Origin: Phoronis australis
Lineage: Eukaryota; Animalia; Phoronida
Assembly: GCA_002633005.1 (NCBI GenBank)
Contig: NMRA01000197.1
Span: forward strand, 577,622-641,621
Length of the DNA stretch: 64,000 bases
Direction of reading: 5' to 3'
Positions within the stretch are counted from its first letter, which is position 1. Each line of letters opens with the position of its first letter. Shown piece after piece: positions 63,311-64,000 of this stretch. Made by a program: the position numbers and the translations under genes. Under the pieces are notes generated by a model. It did no database searches. It was not told the DNA's origin and saw only the letters and a program-made list of their open reading frames with translations.

Positions 63311-64000
63311 TTATGGCTCCTCGTGAAGAAAGTTTTTAAGTCTGCCAGTCTCCTTTAGAAAAACGGACAGACGTTTCCATTTGTTGCCATGCACTATATG
63401 TTGTAGGCATGTAACAGTGCCATCCAGCAGGTTGCTCCTTAGCCTATAAAAAGCTGGGCAAGACTCTACCAGGTGTTTTGGAGATTCTACGTCAGTACCA
63501 CACTCGGGACACACAGGGCTCCCCATATGCCCAGTAATGTGTCTGTGTCGGGCTAGGTTGCAGTGGCCCGTCAAAATTTGAATGACATGTCATATACCCA
63601 ATCTATCTAGACTCAGAAGGCTTGTTGAACCTTTTGGTTCGATCACGTTTGGAAAATTCTCCTTGGTCTCTCTGCTGGAGTTAAGTGATGCCCGCTGGGC
63701 TGCTGACTGGGTATGTACCCAGTTGCGTATACTCATCCTGCAACATCCGTAAGATACCGGGATAGCAGGTTCAGGCACAAAATGCAGAACGCTTGCTCCT
63801 ATCTTTGCGAGTCTGTCTGCATTCTCATTGCCATCAATTCCCACATGGGCCCTGACCCAGCATATATTAACGGTTCTTTCAAATGCAAGCTTGTTAAGCT
63901 CATTAATACAAGCATTAACACAACGAGAGTTGACCCTTAGTTTCTTTAGGGCTTTTATTGCTGCCTGGCTATCTGAAAAGATGGTAATTGGCCGATTGCC
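63311..64000 (-). mobile_element. Non-LTR retrotransposon (I-group/LOA-like) ORF2 C-terminus: RNase H + CCHC finger, antisense within an LRRC42 intron
   Basis: ITIFSDSQAAIKAL...WVRAHVGIDGNENADRLAK (RNase H) continuing in frame through one TGA (63590-63592) into LTGHC...CPECGTDVESPKHLVESCP. Confidence 0.9.

Overview
Eukaryotic, AT-rich, repeat-dense draft genomic sequence with N gaps; probably a marine invertebrate, though the taxon is an inference. The right end holds two recognisable spliced genes arranged head-to-head: a complete 4-exon HSPB11/IFT25 (minus strand, 139 aa) and the first four coding exons of LRRC42 (plus strand), the same arrangement as in human. The remaining ~55 kb is mostly transposon debris. 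It includes the 3' half of an envelope-bearing LTR retroelement (degenerate F-type env, an unknown accessory ORF, PPT, LTR), Kolobok-like TTAA elements (one a giant palindrome with a THAP start in both arms), 8-bp and 5-bp TSD MITEs, a probable P-like excision footprint, Penelope fragments with two hammerhead motifs, LINE 3' ends, tRNA-derived SINE heads and a 22-bp minisatellite. A pair of paralogous proline-rich terminal exons and a signal-peptide exon suggest a small, possibly decaying, secreted-peptide gene family. Four near-identical duplications abut Ns and are probably uncollapsed haplotypes. All family assignments come from motif recognition by eye; no database searches were run.
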